A DNA stretch of 64,000 nucleotides from Felis catus (taxonomy: Eukaryota). The translations under genes and the position numbers were made by a program. Of this stretch, positions 62,898 through 64,000 are shown piece after piece; position 1 is the stretch's first letter; every line of letters begins with the position of its first letter. The notes under the pieces are model-generated. The model searched no databases. It was given only the letters and a program-made list of their open reading frames with translations, and had not been told where the DNA came from. The stretch lies in assembly GCF_018350175.1 (NCBI RefSeq), contig NC_058368.1, positions 205,594,001-205,658,000 on the forward strand, written 5' to 3'.

Positions 62898-64000
62898 GTT
62901 GGAGTCTTGTCTACAGTGATGCTGAGGCTCTCCCATTTTCTAGATGCTCTCTTCACTCCAGATCATGTGATTTCATCCTTTCAGGTGGCCTTTTTGCCAT
63001 TCTGGCTCAGGACATTTACATTCTCAGAATCTGGCTCCCATGGCAGGGAGAAAAGAAAACAGAATCAGATCAAGATGGGGAGAACATTGATTCTCTCTAA
63101 GATTATGGTCTCTGGTGACCCCTAGACATGCTTAGATTGCTCAGCTCCTCTTTAGTCCTTGGGAACATACCCAGATAGTTAAGGGGCAAACGGCCTTAGT
63201 CAAAAAGAGCAATTTGGGTTTGAGAATACCAGAAGTAATGGACTAGCACATTATGTCCTGAACTTGGGTTTTAAAATATGACATAAACTAGACATATTAA
63301 TCTAAGCATTTTTTCCGTGTTGCCATGTTTCTTAAATTGTTCCTCTTGCTGCCTTTTCCCACTGGATGCACAGTTTCATCAGATTATGAATGGTTTCTGA
63401 AATAAAGTGCTAAGTACTCCATGTCACAAGGTGAGGGATAACTTTATTTCCTAAAGTAATTTTGAAGAAACCAAGTTTTCATGGCAAGGAATATTAAGAA
63501 CTATTATAATATTACCTACCTCGTTGTGTTCCCTGCATCTGATTTTATCTCAAGTGTTTAGCTCCTGAAATACTAGAAGGACCTAATTAGGAGACACATT
63601 TAGTTTTAGTTAGTCTCATATTGTAGATTCCACAAGTCACTTAGGAGAAAAGTAGAATTGTACATACTAGTTCACCTATGGTCTTGCTATGCATAACATA
63701 AATAGCTTTCCATTTCCTTGGGATGTCATATTCTATCATTTTCGTGTCTGTAGAAGAAATCACTGTAACAATTTCTGTACCTGGACAGAAAAATGACCAA
63801 CATTTCATAGTATAAAGTCCAACTGTCTCATAAATTGAAATGTTAGTCAGTAGATAAAATTTGAAAATGCAGTCCAAAAGAGGGCTTGATATAATTAATG
63901 TCCTTTTATTTCTTTTGAAAATAGTATAATCTTATGATTCCTGGGGAAGGTCATGTTTAACTGCTTTGCTCAAATGTCACAATAATTTCAGAATACTGCA

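Overview
This is mammalian, not microbial, DNA. About 23 tRNA-derived CanSINEs, including two CpG-intact copies of the felid SINEC_Fc type, and carnivore-type L1 3' ends point to a cat-family (Felidae) genome. The window is repeat-rich intronic or intergenic sequence containing CanSINEs, L1, L2, MIR, CR1/L3, MaLR/ERV solo LTRs, hAT/Tigger DNA transposon relics and microsatellites. I recognise no host protein-coding gene, RNA gene or CRISPR array. The short ORFs in the six-frame track are mostly chance or repeat-derived. Three retrotransposition structures are the most interesting. (1) At 17.4-20.5 kb, a TSD-flanked L1 has a complete 5'UTR and ORF1 but lacks almost all of ORF2 at a TCAG microhomology, a 'half-L1'-like structure. 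(2) At 1.0-2.4 kb, an L1 3' transduction carries ~700 bp of foreign DNA with its own ATTAAA and a second poly(A) tail. (3) At 44.7-45.9 kb, an L1 is 5'-inverted, consistent with twin priming. Repeat family names come from recalled consensus similarity, not a database search. Boundaries of old repeats are approximate.
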